Source: Candidatus Saccharimonadota bacterium (GTDB taxonomy: Bacteria > Patescibacteriota > Gracilibacteria > Absconditabacterales > Absconditicoccaceae). Taken from it: 32,000 nucleotides of DNA. Positions 30,245 through 32,000 of this stretch are shown here, piece by piece. Position numbers and translations under genes: made by a program. Positions within the stretch are counted from its first letter, which is position 1. Each line of letters starts with the position of its first letter. The stretch spans positions 390,001 to 422,000 of the forward strand of contig OZ246420.1 of NCBI GenBank assembly GCA_965231145.1, written 5' to 3'. The notes below the pieces were generated by a model that was not told the DNA's origin, ran no database searches, and saw nothing but the letters and a program-made list of their open reading frames with translations.

Positions 30245-31561
30245 TTAGTTACTAAAGAACAATCTACTAAACTCCAATCCTTTTTCAACACACGATAGCC
30301 TGAAGTTTTCTCCCACTCCGTGCATGTTGCAGTCTTCATTTGCTAGGTCGGCGATGATGACGCTTGCGCCGAGTACTTCTTGGAACATACCAGTCACAGG
30401 AATAGCTGCGCCTACATACCTATAGACAGTCTCAGTATTGTACAGTTCTCCGAGGATCTTCGCCGCTCTTCCGATCTCGACATGTGAGAGGTCGATCATG
30501 ATAGCAGGATATGGGTCGCTAGTCTCTAGTGTATAGTCAACGTAATCTGGTAGTTCTTGTGTAACCCACTCTGAAAATAATGCTATCATGTTTTCAGGAT
30601 GTTGTCATGGAGCGAAACGAAAGTTCATTTTAATGGTTGTTGTTGCAGGGATCGCATTACGATAGCCATTACCCGTATAACCAGATTGGATACCACTTAT
30701 TTGAATCGTTGGTAGTAGTCCATTTGCCGTGACCGGATCATATCCCTCCTGTACAACCAATTTTTTCATCCCTGTCATGTTCTTTACATTTTCTTCATGA
30801 AAAGGAACAGTCTTATTATTTTGTCTCATTTCGTCAGTAATGACACCTACGCTATCATAGTAGCCCGGCACGAAGATTTCATTTTTTTCGTTATACAGCT
30901 TTGAAAGCAACTTCGTTGCTTCGTATGCGCTGTTAGGAGCTATTCCTCCGAAGAGTCCACTGTGTAGATCGACGTTTGCAGTTTTGAGTGTCAGTGTCAT
31001 GTTGCAACCTCCTCTGAAACTTGCTCCAATAGTTGGCGTGGTGTGACCAATGATCTCGCCGTCACTTATTAATACAAGATCACACGAAAGTAAGTCTTTA
31101 TAGTCATCAACAAACTTTGCGAGAAATGGCGAACCGGTCTCTTCGTCTCATTCGATCATGAATTTAACGTTGTACTTTAGCTCCCCTTTCTTGATCAGAT
31201 CAATGATCGTGACGATATGTATCATAATCTGTCCTTTGTTATCGACGGCTCCGCGAGCGACAAGTTTATTGTCTTGGATAATGAGCTTGAATGGATCGTG
31301 CTCCCAGCCTTCGCTGATGTCAGCTGGCTGCACATCGTAGTGACCATAGACCAAATATGTTGGTAAGCTTGGATCGACAACATAGTGCCCATAGACTATA
31401 GGGTTACTGTAGCCAGTGATTGCTTGTGCTACAAAGCCATTGCTTTTGAGAAGATCGACTAAGAAGTGAGCAGTCTTTTCGAGCTCCGGTTTGAATTGTT
31501 CGTCTGTTGAGATTGAGCGAAAGGCAATAAATTGCTGCATTAGTTCTAAGTAGTTTTGCAT
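30245..31561 (-). CDS. M20-family metallopeptidase/dipeptidase (438 aa under code 25)
   Basis: Track fragments 31148..(31561), 30605..31000 and 30245..30589 share one frame, and I walked the gaps. In-frame TGA at 31148 and 30605. Motifs are YGHYDVQP, ARGAVDNKG, and MIE[TGA]DEETGS. Confidence 0.85.
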
Positions 31562-31642
31562 TCTGTATCGTATATAAGAAGATAAATGCAGAGAAAAGTT
31601 TGTGTCATCATAAGAGAATACTCTTTGACAACACAAACGCAA

Positions 31643-31846
31643 TTAATGATAACCAGGATGTACTTTCCCGGCGGTAACAACAATACTGTTATTACGTGCA
31701 GTTTTTTCATTTTGTTCATCTGCTTTGTCATCTGGCTTGTCCGATGAGTTTCTTGTACGTGCAAGATGAATGTCTTCATGAATAGCCCAATGCTTGTTCA
31801 AATGGTACTGCTCTGCTGGCTGCTGTTTTTTGTCTTTTGTGTACAT
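31643..31846 (-). CDS. Hypothetical small hydrophilic protein (67 aa)
   Basis: Intact ATG to TAA ORF with a charged, low-complexity composition. No family recognised. Confidence 0.35.
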   Translation of the reverse strand: MYTKDKKQQPAEQYHLNKHWAIHEDIHLARTRNSSDKPDDKADEQNEKTARNNSIVVTAGKVHPGYH

Positions 31847-31893
31847 AACTTTTTATTTTTGATGATGAGTAATTTTGTTTCAATCTATATAAT

Positions 31894-31926
31894 AAAAAGT
31901 CCCCTGGTGCTTTCGCATAGGAGACT
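31894..31926 (-). terminator. Rho-independent terminator of a minus-strand gene that starts beyond the window end
   Basis: The minus strand reads agtctcct..gc-gaaa-gc..aggggact (GAAA tetraloop, 31926-31898) followed by a T-run. Confidence 0.55.
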
Positions 31927-31932
31927 CGATTA

Positions 31933-32000
31933 TTATCGTGATGACAGTAGTTGTCGGGCTAGAAGGTCTGTAAGTAATATGCCGGCAACTGTGTATCATT
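31933..32000 (-). CDS. Possible 3' end of a minus-strand CDS continuing past the window
   Basis: One frame reads ..[TGA]YTVAGILLTDLLARQLLSSR then TAA (31933-35), 7 nt before the terminator hairpin. Another frame stops at 31959-61, so the frame cannot be fixed from 68 nt. Confidence 0.2.

Overview
AT-rich bacterial chromosomal window that only reads coherently under genetic code 25 (UGA = Gly, the type known from SR1/Absconditabacteria and Gracilibacteria). In the supplied standard-code ORF track most genes look shattered. Every break I checked is an in-frame TGA, and many fall on invariant glycines of well-known motifs: MnmA SGGxDS, DEAD-box HRIGRTGRAG and DMGF, TruD AGLKD, PilB GYxGR, the TrpRS N-terminus and M20 EGDEE. 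Genuine stops are all TAA or TAG. Re-reading gives about 25 intact genes. Housekeeping genes are a partial pheS, a THUMP-domain RNA methyltransferase, mnmA, adk, truD, a DEAD-box helicase, tex, trpS, an M19 dipeptidase and an M20 peptidase. There is also a PilB/GspE-family ATPase and a set of envelope or secreted proteins. The largest is a single 8.6-kb minus-strand gene (8545..17157) for a 2,870-aa surface protein. It has a signal peptide, three LRR modules with plant-type CxWQGxxC caps, 16 tandem ~105-aa Ig-like repeats, a C-terminal anchor-like module and about 50 UGA-Gly codons. The others are a 513-aa Cys-rich 'C-x2-PWG' repeat protein, a small acidic (TNTGGDET)n peptide gene, a stand-alone secreted copy of the anchor-like module, and a YHYH-protein plus coiled-coil-lipoprotein operon that the standard-code track misses. 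I found no rRNA, tRNA, CRISPR array, transposase or integrase. All counts and coordinates come from manual reading, and no database search was possible.
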